IMG/VR virus record: IMGVR_UViG_3300009506_000006
Location: 40,171-104,170 of that record
From: a virus
Strand: one strand, 5' to 3'
DNA: 64,000 nucleotides
This document shows positions 45,768-54,927 of this stretch, piece after piece (positions within the stretch are counted from its first letter, which is position 1; the number at the start of each line of letters is the position of its first letter). Below the pieces are notes generated by a model that was not told the DNA's origin, did no database searches, and worked only from the letters and a program-made list of their open reading frames with translations. Position numbers and translations under genes: made by a program.

Positions 45768-46465
45768 GGTTCACCTTCATACGGGACAATGCCAATCTCA
45801 ATAGCACGTTGCATATTGATCCACTCAGTTTTGCGTTCCCATACTTCCCATTGCTCCTTGTCTTTAAGATTGGTTCTGTCCATCAGGATGTTGAAATACT
45901 GATCACGCAACAAATCAAACAACGCAGTCTGGCTTCTGAACTCAGAGCTTGATCCTTGAAGAGACGAACTTGCTTCGTGTATCATAAATACCGTGTTTGC
46001 AACCGCTGTGCGATTATCGAACGCTAGGAACACAGGAACCGCGGCACTGGCAATAAGACCGTTGGCGATAGCATGAAATTTAAAACCGTCCTTTTGGGCT
46101 TGTTGAATCAAACCGTACAACGCGAAGCCGACAAAGGCACTGCCTCCATACGAGTTGATAAACACTTCTGCTTCCGTAATGCCTTTAAGTTTTAAAATCG
46201 AAATATCGTTCCAGAAATCTTTATCTTCGAAGTCTAAATTATCGTAGATTTTCATGAACGCTTTGTCATTTGCAATGAATGTCATGCTCGAGAGCTTTGC
46301 TTCAAGCGGATCTTTTTTGCATTCGCATTGCTCCGATGTCGCATCTTTGTCGGAAGTTTCAGTTTCGTAAACTGTGAATAAGCCTCGATTCGCAGCATCA
46401 GCATGACCGTCGTGAACAGTCATCAAACATATAACGATCGATAATGCCAACAATGTCGTTTTCAT
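45764..46465 (-). CDS. ClpP-like peptidase with signal peptide
   Basis: FINSYGG, GLIASAA (Ser), FMIHEAS (His); N-terminal MKTTLLALSIVICL...HADA. Confidence 0.8.
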   Translation of the reverse strand: MKTTLLALSIVICLMTVHDGHADAANRGLFTVYETETSDKDATSEQCECKKDPLEAKLSSMTFIANDKAFMKIYDNLDFEDKDFWNDISILKLKGITEAEVFINSYGGSAFVGFALYGLIQQAQKDGFKFHAIANGLIASAAVPVFLAFDNRTAVANTVFMIHEASSSLQGSSSEFRSQTALFDLLRDQYFNILMDRTNLKDKEQWEVWERKTEWINMQRAIEIGIVPYEGEP

Positions 46466-46484
46466 TCAACTTCCTTTCATATGA

Positions 46485-46883
46485 TTACTCGATTTCATCA
46501 CGTTGAAATTCCACACTTACATTGTGCACACGCCACCCGCTATGTTCCCCAAGATCTGTTACACTCGGATCGCGGCAGACAAGTCCGTTGAAGCTAGCGC
46601 TTCTGAATATGGCGGATGCCGTGTCAATATACCCGCGTGCCGTGCGCGTACCGGTGTTGACCGGCACATAGATATTGATAGAAATCAGACCGATATAACG
46701 GCGTAAATTGGTCGAACCGCCGAGCGATATTTTGCGTGAGAGACCAGATACCACCTGCAGTTCAACCCAGGCGCTATCGGCTGGTGGATCGAAATCAACG
46801 TTGGCATATTTGATAGCTGTCGTGGATCCCCAATTGGTGGCGAACCGTTGTTCAATATATTTGGCTTCGTTTGAATAGCTCAT
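46485..46883 (-). CDS. Tail terminator protein
   Basis: IKYANVDFDPP...WVEL...GLISINIYVPVNTGT. Confidence 0.85.
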   Translation of the reverse strand: MSYSNEAKYIEQRFATNWGSTTAIKYANVDFDPPADSAWVELQVVSGLSRKISLGGSTNLRRYIGLISINIYVPVNTGTRTARGYIDTASAIFRSASFNGLVCRDPSVTDLGEHSGWRVHNVSVEFQRDEIE

Positions 46884-47368
46884 AGCATTTCAGTCACTGC
46901 AGCAGCCGCTGCCAGACGCAAGATCTCCGGCAAGCGTTGTTTGATTTCTAGGTATGTAAGACCGTAGACATGATATGCCGGTGTCACCGGCCAACCGATG
47001 TATTCCACATCAATTGCATGCTCGATGGCGTTGGACACAATAATTGACTGCACATGTTGCGCAGTCTTAATGATTGACATGGCCATCATGGCTTGTTGAC
47101 GGAGCAGGTGCTTGACGGCTTCGTCTTGGATGCAAATATTTTGTAATTCTTGATTGACGCGTGTTGGTGGTGAGCTGTTCTCAAAGTTTATGCCGATACG
47201 ATGGCTGAGAACATATGATCCAGTGCAGATAGGTGATTTTTTGACTATGCTTTCATAGACTTCCGTTGCAGCGGTTTTGACAATAGCTTCAGCAGTTTGC
47301 GTTATTTCTTTTTTGGCTTGTTCGAACTGTATGCTTAACTGTTGTAAGGTTGTTGCAGCCATGTCCAA
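46880..47368 (-). CDS. HK97 gp10-like neck/tail completion protein
   Basis: VYESIVKKSPICTG...IVSNAIEHAIDVEY. Confidence 0.75.
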   Translation of the reverse strand: MDMAATTLQQLSIQFEQAKKEITQTAEAIVKTAATEVYESIVKKSPICTGSYVLSHRIGINFENSSPPTRVNQELQNICIQDEAVKHLLRQQAMMAMSIIKTAQHVQSIIVSNAIEHAIDVEYIGWPVTPAYHVYGLTYLEIKQRLPEILRLAAAAAVTEML

Positions 47369-47592
47369 GGCGCCTTGTCTATTTCACATCGACCGCTGTC
47401 CAAAAAATCTTTGACGTATTGCGGCAGTTTGTAATCTTCCCGCCAGCATTCTTTTAGATAACGCTTGAAATCTTTTTGGATGACCGGATACATGAATCCA
47501 TAGTGTTCACCGGCAATGTAGAAGAACTCCAGTGTGCTTTTACCGGTAATGTACGTTAGTTTGTACAACCGATCCAGATCATCCATTAACAC
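47335..47592 (-). CDS. Hypothetical protein
   Basis: Packed co-directional ORF. Confidence 0.5.
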   Translation of the reverse strand: MLMDDLDRLYKLTYITGKSTLEFFYIAGEHYGFMYPVIQKDFKRYLKECWREDYKLPQYVKDFLDSGRCEIDKAPWTWLQQPYNS

Positions 47593-47938
47593 TTATGTCC
47601 GCTTTGACCTGACATCCAAGAATTTTGGACACAAGATTAAGCAGTTTGCGCGCTACCCACATGCGCAGTTTAAATTCCCGGGTCAATCGAATACATACGT
47701 CAACTGTTAAGTTTGCGTTCAATTTTCGTAGCTTGTAGTCGATTTGTTTCATAACGTTTTTGTATCAGCTTTGGTAGACTGTAGCCTAAATTTCGCATCT
47801 TCAGCGCGATCTCAGCTGTTTCATGCAGCAGCTGCAGACGTCGTGCCGGACTCGCGACCAGCACTTTCAGCTCGATTTCTTTGTATCGATCTGCAAGTTG
47901 CATGGCGCGTGCCCGCGGGCTGATATCGATCACAGTCA

Positions 47939-48307
47939 CTACGGCAACCTGATTTGAATTATATACATTGCAGCTGCCGGATCTTTGCTGAAATTCATTA
48001 CCTGCCAATTTACCGAGCCGATAACGACAACATCGTTAAGTTTTGGTACAACCGCCAAGTCCAGTGCTGGGACCAGCAGTTTCTGATCGGTTGGCTGAAT
48101 TACGACATTGTCGATTTCCTGGGACTGATACCGGACCAGCAAACCTGCAACACTATAGCTTGTATAGGATTCGCTAACCGCGCCGGTTGTAGTATTGTAT
48201 GTTGCTGATCCGGAAGATTTGCTGCGATATGTAACCGTGGTCAACATATCGTCCAAAATATCGAAAGCTGCCTGCACGGCTGTTTGTACTGTCGTGCCGA
48301 TACCCAT
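47939..48307 (-). CDS. Head closure (head-tail joining) protein
   Basis: YNTTTG...IDNVVIQPTDQKLLV...PKLNDVV. Confidence 0.85.
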   Translation of the reverse strand: MGIGTTVQTAVQAAFDILDDMLTTVTYRSKSSGSATYNTTTGAVSESYTSYSVAGLLVRYQSQEIDNVVIQPTDQKLLVPALDLAVVPKLNDVVVIGSVNWQVMNFSKDPAAAMYIIQIRLP

Positions 48308-48882
48308 TAAGAATAGTCTCCATATAAATCACGATAGATAGCTGAATCAGTTGCACTAAGCCCGCCACCGCCTGCACCGATTCGCTTGAGTGTGCGCGCA
48401 GCGCTGGTGGCTTTAACAGCATAGTAATTAATTATTGCCCACACGGATGCCGGAATGGTTTCCGTACGATCATGTTTGTCAAATTCGATTTCAATGACAT
48501 CAGCTTTGAGCCGATGTATACCGGCGCTGTCAGGATCATCGGTACGATCGGACAGGATCAGGTATCCGGCAAATTCCGCCGTACCGTTCTTAAGCCAGAT
48601 TGGTATGCTGTCCTGTGAAAATAAATAACCATCTCGATCAGTTACGCCGATTCTTGGAAATCGTAGCGCTTGGCTTTCGGAGGTTTTAACGCCTGTCCAA
48701 TCAACACGTTCATCAAACAGGCGTGTGGCCCAGACGATTGCAGCATTCTTTGTCGCCGGCAGAGCATTGGTGATTGAGCTGGAGACGTTGACTTTGCTGT
48801 CCCAGTATGTATTGAATTCTGCCAGTGTGCAGTACGCATTGGCGTCAGATGCACCGGCAGTTGCAATTAATGTAATGGCCAT
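48307..48882 (-). CDS. Head-tail adaptor protein
   Basis: ANAYCTLAEF...ATRLFD...QALRFPR...IPIWLKNGTAEFA. Confidence 0.85.
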   Translation of the reverse strand: MAITLIATAGASDANAYCTLAEFNTYWDSKVNVSSSITNALPATKNAAIVWATRLFDERVDWTGVKTSESQALRFPRIGVTDRDGYLFSQDSIPIWLKNGTAEFAGYLILSDRTDDPDSAGIHRLKADVIEIEFDKHDRTETIPASVWAIINYYAVKATSAARTLKRIGAGGGGLSATDSAIYRDLYGDYS

Positions 48883-48893
48883 AATTCAGTACC

Positions 48894-49202
48894 TCAAACG
48901 TCTTGGACTGTTAACCTAACGATGAACTCTCCATAACTTCCTTCAGCAGTTGTGACATGGCATATAATAAAATATGTTATGCCATCCGTACCGCCTTGGA
49001 CATACGGCCGTATCGTGCTTCCAGAATATGTACACTTGACCGCATCAAGCAATGTTTCAGTCACAGTCGTTCCATTTTCATCTTTAGCCACGAAAGCAAC
49101 AGCTGATATGGTTTCAGTCGATAACCAACTCGAGATGTCAATATCGATAAACCATTTTTCCCATGAGCCTTTATTTTGTGACAGCGTAAAAGTCTCGCTC
49201 AT
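48894..49202 (-). CDS. Small structural adaptor-like protein
   Basis: IDISSWLSTETIS...YVQGGTDGITY...VTTAEG. Confidence 0.7.
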   Translation of the reverse strand: MSETFTLSQNKGSWEKWFIDIDISSWLSTETISAVAFVAKDENGTTVTETLLDAVKCTYSGSTIRPYVQGGTDGITYFIICHVTTAEGSYGEFIVRLTVQDV

Positions 49203-49555
49203 ATGCGGACCTCGTAATCAGATCGCGTCAAAAGCGTGCGTCCGGTTGAGAACACCCACAATCGATAGCGATTTGTCATGCAACAATTAATGTATTCGCG
49301 CAATTTAATGCCGTCAGATCCTTGGCGTATAATTCCACGTCCGAACCGTTTCACGAACCTCTCGCCATTGGCATGATCGATCAGCACGTCGTGCCGAGGC
49401 AGGATGTTGATCGACGGGACAAATGAAAAGCGAACAATCGCATCCGCATTCACAGATTTCCATGTGTTTTCTTTGCCGTCTTCGTCATACTGTTTTATGA
49501 CGACGCCGTCTGCAGTCTCGAGCTCCCATGCATAGACTGTGTTAGGCTTCAACAT
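49199..49555 (-). CDS. Hypothetical protein (likely start MLKPN)
   Basis: YAWELETADG..IKQYD. Confidence 0.65.
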   Translation of the reverse strand: MLKPNTVYAWELETADGVVIKQYDEDGKENTWKSVNADAIVRFSFVPSINILPRHDVLIDHANGERFVKRFGRGIIRQGSDGIKLREYINCCMTNRYRLWVFSTGRTLLTRSDYEVRI

Positions 49556-50735
49556 ACCAGAAATCTCCGAACGTTTTGATAGTCTTATCAGCGAAATATT
49601 CGTCGACTGCTTGCTTGACGCCAGGCCATGAATAGTCATGGCCGATAATTAATTGCTTCGTGATAGGTCCCCACATTTGCAAGTCCGCCTTGCAGCCTTC
49701 GTAACTATGGTCACCATCTATGAAGACCATATCGATTTCGCTGTTCGCAAAAATTTTAAACGCATCTTGGCTGTCCATCTCAAGCAACCGCAGATTATTG
49801 AACATGCCGACATTATCGAGAAACGCCTGCTTGATTTTATCCGGATGCTTGGCTTCGATATGTGCAGCCTGACGTTCGTCAAGCGACCCCATGAAATGAT
49901 CGACAGCATACACAGTGCCTTGCCTGCATCCAGACAGCAGCGCGTGCGTGGAGCGGCCTTTCCAGACACCGATTTCGACGATTATCTTCATCTGCTTGGC
50001 TTTTTTGTACAGCCAATCTAATTCCGGTCCGGTCATCCAGCCCGGAATATCATTGCAATAATGCGTGTCACGCGCAATTTCATTCAAATGCGTTGACAAA
50101 CTGACAATATGACTGCCGACATGCCCAAGCTCGATTGTCGGATCTGCCCATATTTCTATGCCAGCCAAATTACAACGATGACAAAAACTCAAGTCTTCAC
50201 CGAGTTGCTCGTGATTAGGCATGGTCCAGTGATTAAACGGATATCCGTATTGCTCTACCATGCTTAAACTCAATACTTGACTGATCAAATCTTTGCGCAG
50301 CAGCATGTATCCGGTAGCCAGGCCTGCCACTTGGAACGGATGATCTGGAATATCATGTGACTTGATACCGGCAAAGGCATTATGCGCCATATTGTCAGAC
50401 AGATCTTCCGAGAATACCAATGGCCGGTATTGGGTATCTGATCTGGCATAGTAAATCCCACCGGCTACAGGCTTGTCCAGTGCGATCAATTTCATGATGC
50501 CGTTTTCTGGCGATACGATATCGGCATCGATAAACATCAGATAATCACACTGTTGTTCTTTGGCCTGCTGTATAATGTAATTTCGCTGGCTTGACAGCAG
50601 CGCCCCGCGCCGATAGAACGTATTGACCTGGTACCCATTTTCAGCCATGTGGATGCATGCTGTTGATAGCGATGTCACGAACTGGCTGTCGACCTGACTG
50701 TAATGTGGAATACCCACCAAGAGCTTCTTGTTCAT
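49542..50735 (-). CDS. GT-A glycosyltransferase fused to class I methyltransferase
   Basis: FIDADI, ATGYMLL, GEDLSFC; VEIGVWKGRST, FIDGDHSYE. Confidence 0.9.
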   Translation of the reverse strand: MNKKLLVGIPHYSQVDSQFVTSLSTACIHMAENGYQVNTFYRRGALLSSQRNYIIQQAKEQQCDYLMFIDADIVSPENGIMKLIALDKPVAGGIYYARSDTQYRPLVFSEDLSDNMAHNAFAGIKSHDIPDHPFQVAGLATGYMLLRKDLISQVLSLSMVEQYGYPFNHWTMPNHEQLGEDLSFCHRCNLAGIEIWADPTIELGHVGSHIVSLSTHLNEIARDTHYCNDIPGWMTGPELDWLYKKAKQMKIIVEIGVWKGRSTHALLSGCRQGTVYAVDHFMGSLDERQAAHIEAKHPDKIKQAFLDNVGMFNNLRLLEMDSQDAFKIFANSEIDMVFIDGDHSYEGCKADLQMWGPITKQLIIGHDYSWPGVKQAVDEYFADKTIKTFGDFWYVEA

Positions 50736-50743
50736 ACGTTCCA

Positions 50744-50772
50744 TTCTTACCGAGAGTAAGAATTTTGTCAAT
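50744..50772 (-). promoter_or_regulatory. Promoter with perfect operator upstream of the GT-methyltransferase gene
   Basis: TTGACA-16-TAAGAA; TCTTAC-CGAGA-GTAAGA at 50745..50761. Confidence 0.7.
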
Positions 50773-50781
50773 AATTATTGA

Positions 50782-51273
50782 TCAAGTTTCGTCATAACTG
50801 AAGGTCAATGTCTCGGCTGACAATGTTCCCGGGTTAGCCGTGCTGGCTACACCCATCTGCAAGCGCAGGAAGTCGCCTTTATACCCGGTCCCGGTATATG
50901 GTCCGGCGTTGTAGGTAGCCAGATTAATAGAACTTCCAGCCGTAGCTCCAAACACATCAGCGCCGGATATATCCGCATCTGTCTGAGTCTGGAAACTTGT
51001 GTGAGTATCGTAATCAACGGATACGCCAGTACCGAATCCACTGGATCCGTCTGTATACGCCGCCAAATTTTGGATATCCACACTGGGGGCGGAGTTAAAG
51101 TAAAACCGAAGCTGCTTGGTATAACTCCAGTCCTCGCCTCCTGCAGGGATCTGCAGCCGGTTGCTGGTGTCCACCGTGGTTTCATTGGCTGACTTGAAGC
51201 GCACGGTACCGGAGGTCTTGTCGACTCCGGTGTTAGTGTCTGTGACTTCATGAATCTGTACATCTGCGGCCAT
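50782..51273 (-). CDS. Probable virion structural protein
   Basis: Ala/Thr/Gly/Ser-rich beta-type sequence within the structural operon. Confidence 0.65.
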   Translation of the reverse strand: MAADVQIHEVTDTNTGVDKTSGTVRFKSANETTVDTSNRLQIPAGGEDWSYTKQLRFYFNSAPSVDIQNLAAYTDGSSGFGTGVSVDYDTHTSFQTQTDADISGADVFGATAGSSINLATYNAGPYTGTGYKGDFLRLQMGVASTANPGTLSAETLTFSYDET

Positions 51274-51384
51274 GAGTATAATCTCCCACTTAATTTGGAT
51301 GAATCACGGCAGCGCAGCATTGCAATCTAACCGCATTCAATTTGAATTATATGACGACAGCAAACTGTGCATGCCTGCTGTCAT

Positions 51385-53544
51385 TTAAGTTGACGTTGCC
51401 GTCAAGCCAGGTCGTGTTATTGTTGCCGTAAAACCAGGCAATTCTATAGCTGCTGTGGCACTTGGCCTGCTAATGGACGCTGTCAGACTTTCTTTGGCTT
51501 TTGTCCATGCCAGGCTTAAGACAGTAATTGCGTCAAGCAAGGTCGTAATTCTGGATGTGACCTGTGCCGTAATAGCATCGAGTCCAATGAATTTGCTGAG
51601 TGTGCCGTACGCTATGGCATCCAATGCCGTGGTCTTAATTCGGCCATTATAAAGGCTAGCATCGATTGCCACGGTCTTGGTTAGACCTGTTTTATTAAGC
51701 AGGCTGTCTATGCCTGTTACAACTGTCATGGCTTTTCTCAGCGCAGCGTCGATCATGGTGTTGATGGTGTTAACCACATACAGGTGCGCATCCAACTGCA
51801 TGGTGTTGATGATTTGAGACTGCTGCAGCATGGCATCGAATGCCAAATCTTTGGTGACCTGCCCGATTAACAGCGCTTCGATCAGAGCCGAAATTGTTTT
51901 CGAGCCTGTATCAGACAGGATTGCGTCCAGAGAAGCCGTGATGGTTAGGCTTTTGTTGAGCAGCGCGTTCAGATCAACTGTGGCAATGACATTATTGGCG
52001 TTTAGCAGCGTATCGAGACTGACTGTGCGTGCATTCATTTTAAATAACACCGCATCGATGTCGGATGTCACGGTTAATCCAACTGCATGTAGCAGTGCGT
52101 CGATGTTGGACTCCGCAGTTAACCCGAGTTTATTCAACAGCGCGTCTAAGCTGGCGGTTGTTGCCATGCCGGCTTTGTTCAGCAGCGCGTCTATACTGGA
52201 CTCTACGGTTAGACCGCTATTTTGCAGGATCGCATCGATTGCAGCAGTTTTGGTTAAGCCTAGTTTGTTAAGCAGTGCGTCGATTGAGCTTTGCACGTAA
52301 CCGGCTGCCACTTCGTATAGCACGGCATCAAGGCTGTTGGTGATAGTCATACCGGCTTGATTGAGCAGTGCGTCGATTGACAGGCTGGTGGTAATGCCGA
52401 CTTTGTTTAGCAGTGCATCGATGCTGTTGGTAATCGTCGTGCCGGACTTGTTTAACAGTGCGTCCACATCGGTTGTAGTTGTGATCAGCTGCTTGAGCAG
52501 CGCGTCCAGAGACAGTGTGATCGGGATCGAGCCTTGCAGGTAAGCATCGAATGACAGTGTCGATGTAAGTGTCTTCTTGAGCAGTGCATTCAGGTCAACT
52601 GTCTGAGTATATGCAGCTGCTGATATCAGTATTGCATCTAAATCGACAGTTTTGGTTGACCCGACTTTATTAAGCAGCGCGTCCAGATCTGGTGTTTTGC
52701 TGTAAAGTTTGGACAGGATCGCATCGGCATCTGGCGTTTTGAGATTGCCGGCTTTGTTAAGCAACCCATCGATATAAGACGTCTTGAGATTGCCAGTCTT
52801 ATTAAGCAGCGCATCGATATCCGGTGTCTTGAGGCTGCCGACTTTGTTAAGCAGCGCATCCAGATCCGGTGTCTTGCTGTAAGTCTTAGACAGGATTGCA
52901 TCGGCATCTGTCGTCTTCAGATTGCCAGTCTTGTTGAGCAGCCCGTCGACATCTGGTGTTTTTAGGTTGCCGGTTTTGTTAAGCAGCCCGTCAATCTTCG
53001 GTGTTAGCGTGTATGTTGTAGCCTGAGTAGCCGTGAAAACTTGCGGGTATGTGTTGGCGCCGTAGGTCGCAGATGGCGGTGCCAGGACTGTAGCGGCATA
53101 GATCCGAAAGTAGTATGTTGTAGCTTGTGTGACATTCGCCGAGACCGGCACGATAGCGAAGTCTTCTTCATTGACATCGTTTTTGCCAAACTGTGTTGCG
53201 TATGTACCGCTTTCACGATACACACCGCCGTCCAAGGCAGCATCTGCGACTTTAGCGCCGGCTACTGTATTGCCTTCCGTGGCTTGTCCATTGGCATAAT
53301 TAAAATGCGCTGACGGTCCCAATGAGAACCAGTCGGATTGGTTTAGTGAATACTCCAGATACCAGACCGCAGCTGTGCTGTTGGCTCCACCGGTTTCGAC
53401 CAGCTCAACACGCAGCCTGATAATACTGGTGTTGTCTGCCAATATTGGCTTGGCGTTTTCGCCGGTCAGCGGAGTCGTGGGCTCAACAGCGTCGTTAGCG
53501 TACCAGCGCCAATCGCCTTGTACGGGTATGTAAGATGATGGCAT
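51385..53544 (-). CDS. Repeat protein with about 34 tandem 14-16 aa units (x-T-x-x-(L/I)-D-A-L-L-N-K), probable fibre/decoration
   Basis: Counted units from PKIDGLLNK to TLLDAITV; about 175-aa N-terminal domain. Confidence 0.75.
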   Translation of the reverse strand: MPSSYIPVQGDWRWYANDAVEPTTPLTGENAKPILADNTSIIRLRVELVETGGANSTAAVWYLEYSLNQSDWFSLGPSAHFNYANGQATEGNTVAGAKVADAALDGGVYRESGTYATQFGKNDVNEEDFAIVPVSANVTQATTYYFRIYAATVLAPPSATYGANTYPQVFTATQATTYTLTPKIDGLLNKTGNLKTPDVDGLLNKTGNLKTTDADAILSKTYSKTPDLDALLNKVGSLKTPDIDALLNKTGNLKTSYIDGLLNKAGNLKTPDADAILSKLYSKTPDLDALLNKVGSTKTVDLDAILISAAAYTQTVDLNALLKKTLTSTLSFDAYLQGSIPITLSLDALLKQLITTTTDVDALLNKSGTTITNSIDALLNKVGITTSLSIDALLNQAGMTITNSLDAVLYEVAAGYVQSSIDALLNKLGLTKTAAIDAILQNSGLTVESSIDALLNKAGMATTASLDALLNKLGLTAESNIDALLHAVGLTVTSDIDAVLFKMNARTVSLDTLLNANNVIATVDLNALLNKSLTITASLDAILSDTGSKTISALIEALLIGQVTKDLAFDAMLQQSQIINTMQLDAHLYVVNTINTMIDAALRKAMTVVTGIDSLLNKTGLTKTVAIDASLYNGRIKTTALDAIAYGTLSKFIGLDAITAQVTSRITTLLDAITVLSLAWTKAKESLTASISRPSATAAIELPGFTATITRPGLTATST

Positions 53545-53808
53545 TTAGATATCTTCGTAATGAAAACCGCAGCCATCCGGCTGCTCATCTTCCGGCATGG
53601 GCCATAACGCGCATGCCAACGGCCGTTGTGAATAGATTGCGCAGCGGTATGCTACGACGTTGTCAATGGTTTCATAGACCAGATGCTTGCAGTTCGATCT
53701 TTGGCAACATTGTCCGCAACGGTGACAAGATCCTGTGCGCCGTTTGCTGTCGACATACCGGACACTAATGTTAAACACGCCGTCGTATTCGCATATGAGC
53801 TGTTTCAT
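53545..53808 (-). CDS. CxxCxxCC (YkgJ-like) metal-binding protein
   Basis: CHRCGQCC...CKHL...CAIY..RP.AC..WP. Confidence 0.75.
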   Translation of the reverse strand: MKQLICEYDGVFNISVRYVDSKRRTGSCHRCGQCCQRSNCKHLVYETIDNVVAYRCAIYSQRPLACALWPMPEDEQPDGCGFHYEDI

Positions 53809-54137
53809 GAATCGCTTTCTTCAAGCATGATAATGATGTCGGCAGCCAGGTAGTTGATTGCTCCCAACAACTCGCGGATTGCAGCTGGATTATTCATTCT
53901 GGCCGACTCTTTGATTTTTTTGGAGGCCTGCCCGCGGGTAAATCCATGCCCGAATATACGTACGTACTCGCAGATATCCTGTTGTTCAAACGGCTGGTCT
54001 TCCACGAATACATGCCGTTCTTTGCCTTTACCGTTAGCAGCTTGGTCGAGCGCCATGTCAAGGACTTTTTTCAGTGATGCATATGGATCCTGATTGAAGT
54101 CCGGATTAAAGTCCGGTAGAGCACTTGGAATGATCAT
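53805..54137 (-). CDS. Conserved phage hypothetical protein
   Basis: QAANGKGKERH...GQASKK...ELLGAINYLAA. Confidence 0.7.
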   Translation of the reverse strand: MIIPSALPDFNPDFNQDPYASLKKVLDMALDQAANGKGKERHVFVEDQPFEQQDICEYVRIFGHGFTRGQASKKIKESARMNNPAAIRELLGAINYLAADIIIMLEESDS

Positions 54138-54163
54138 GATAAGCTTTCTATGTAAGTAAGATA

Positions 54164-54901
54164 TTATTCAATTACGTCAACTAGTCCCCAAACTCTGGCT
54201 TGATCCGCATCGAACCAAGTTGTTTTGGTTTCCAGTGCTTCCCACTGGTCTTTCGACAATTTGGAATTTTGTACCAATTTGCCGATATAGCGGTCGCGTA
54301 GCAGTCCCATCAGCTCGTTCTGCGACCGGATATCCGAGGCGGTTTCACGTCCCGGCCATTTCCACAGAGCAGCTTCGTGCACCATGAAAATCGTTCCGGG
54401 TGCGGCCAGGCGATTGTTGCATACAGCAAATACCGGAACTGCTGCGCTGGCGATAATGCCGGACGCATGGGCCGTGACACGAAATCCCTTACGCTGTGCA
54501 CGTTCTATTTCGTCGGCTAATGCCAACCCTGAAAACGCATCGCCTCCAGATGAATTGATAAATAAATTGATATCCCGAATGTCAGTCATGTGATACAGAT
54601 AGCATAAATCGTTCCATAGACGCGTTACGTCAGCAACCGACAACCCGGAAAAAATCTTGACAAAGGCTTGATCCTTGGCGATGAAAGACAGTTGAGACAA
54701 AGACCCTTCCGGATTGGGAACCTCCATTGATTTGTTGATTTTTTGACTTCCGCTATCAGTGGAACTGACTTCAACATTGGCAGGTTCGCTGGCTTGGACC
54801 TTGACGATGACTTCTTGCGGTTGACGTTTTTGAATCGGAACAGTTGCCGCACATCCCACAAATAGACACAATGCACCGATAAAGATAATGAGTTGTTTCA
54901 T
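54164..54901 (-). CDS. ClpP-like peptidase, predicted lipoprotein
   Basis: LCLFVGC lipobox; FINSSGG, GIIASAA, FMVHEA, WGLVD. Confidence 0.85.
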   Translation of the reverse strand: MKQLIIFIGALCLFVGCAATVPIQKRQPQEVIVKVQASEPANVEVSSTDSGSQKINKSMEVPNPEGSLSQLSFIAKDQAFVKIFSGLSVADVTRLWNDLCYLYHMTDIRDINLFINSSGGDAFSGLALADEIERAQRKGFRVTAHASGIIASAAVPVFAVCNNRLAAPGTIFMVHEAALWKWPGRETASDIRSQNELMGLLRDRYIGKLVQNSKLSKDQWEALETKTTWFDADQARVWGLVDVIE

Positions 54902-54927
54902 GACGCCTTGCCTTTCATAGTTTGATG

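Noticed and set aside
48307-48882. DnaT-like ssDNA-binding function for the 191-aa protein
   Set aside because: Position between head and closure genes indicates a head-tail adaptor
54139-54170. Additional operator at 54156 (GTAAGA with flank similar to 40861)
   Set aside because: Only one half-site and no properly spaced -10; similar half-sites inside genes are expected by chance
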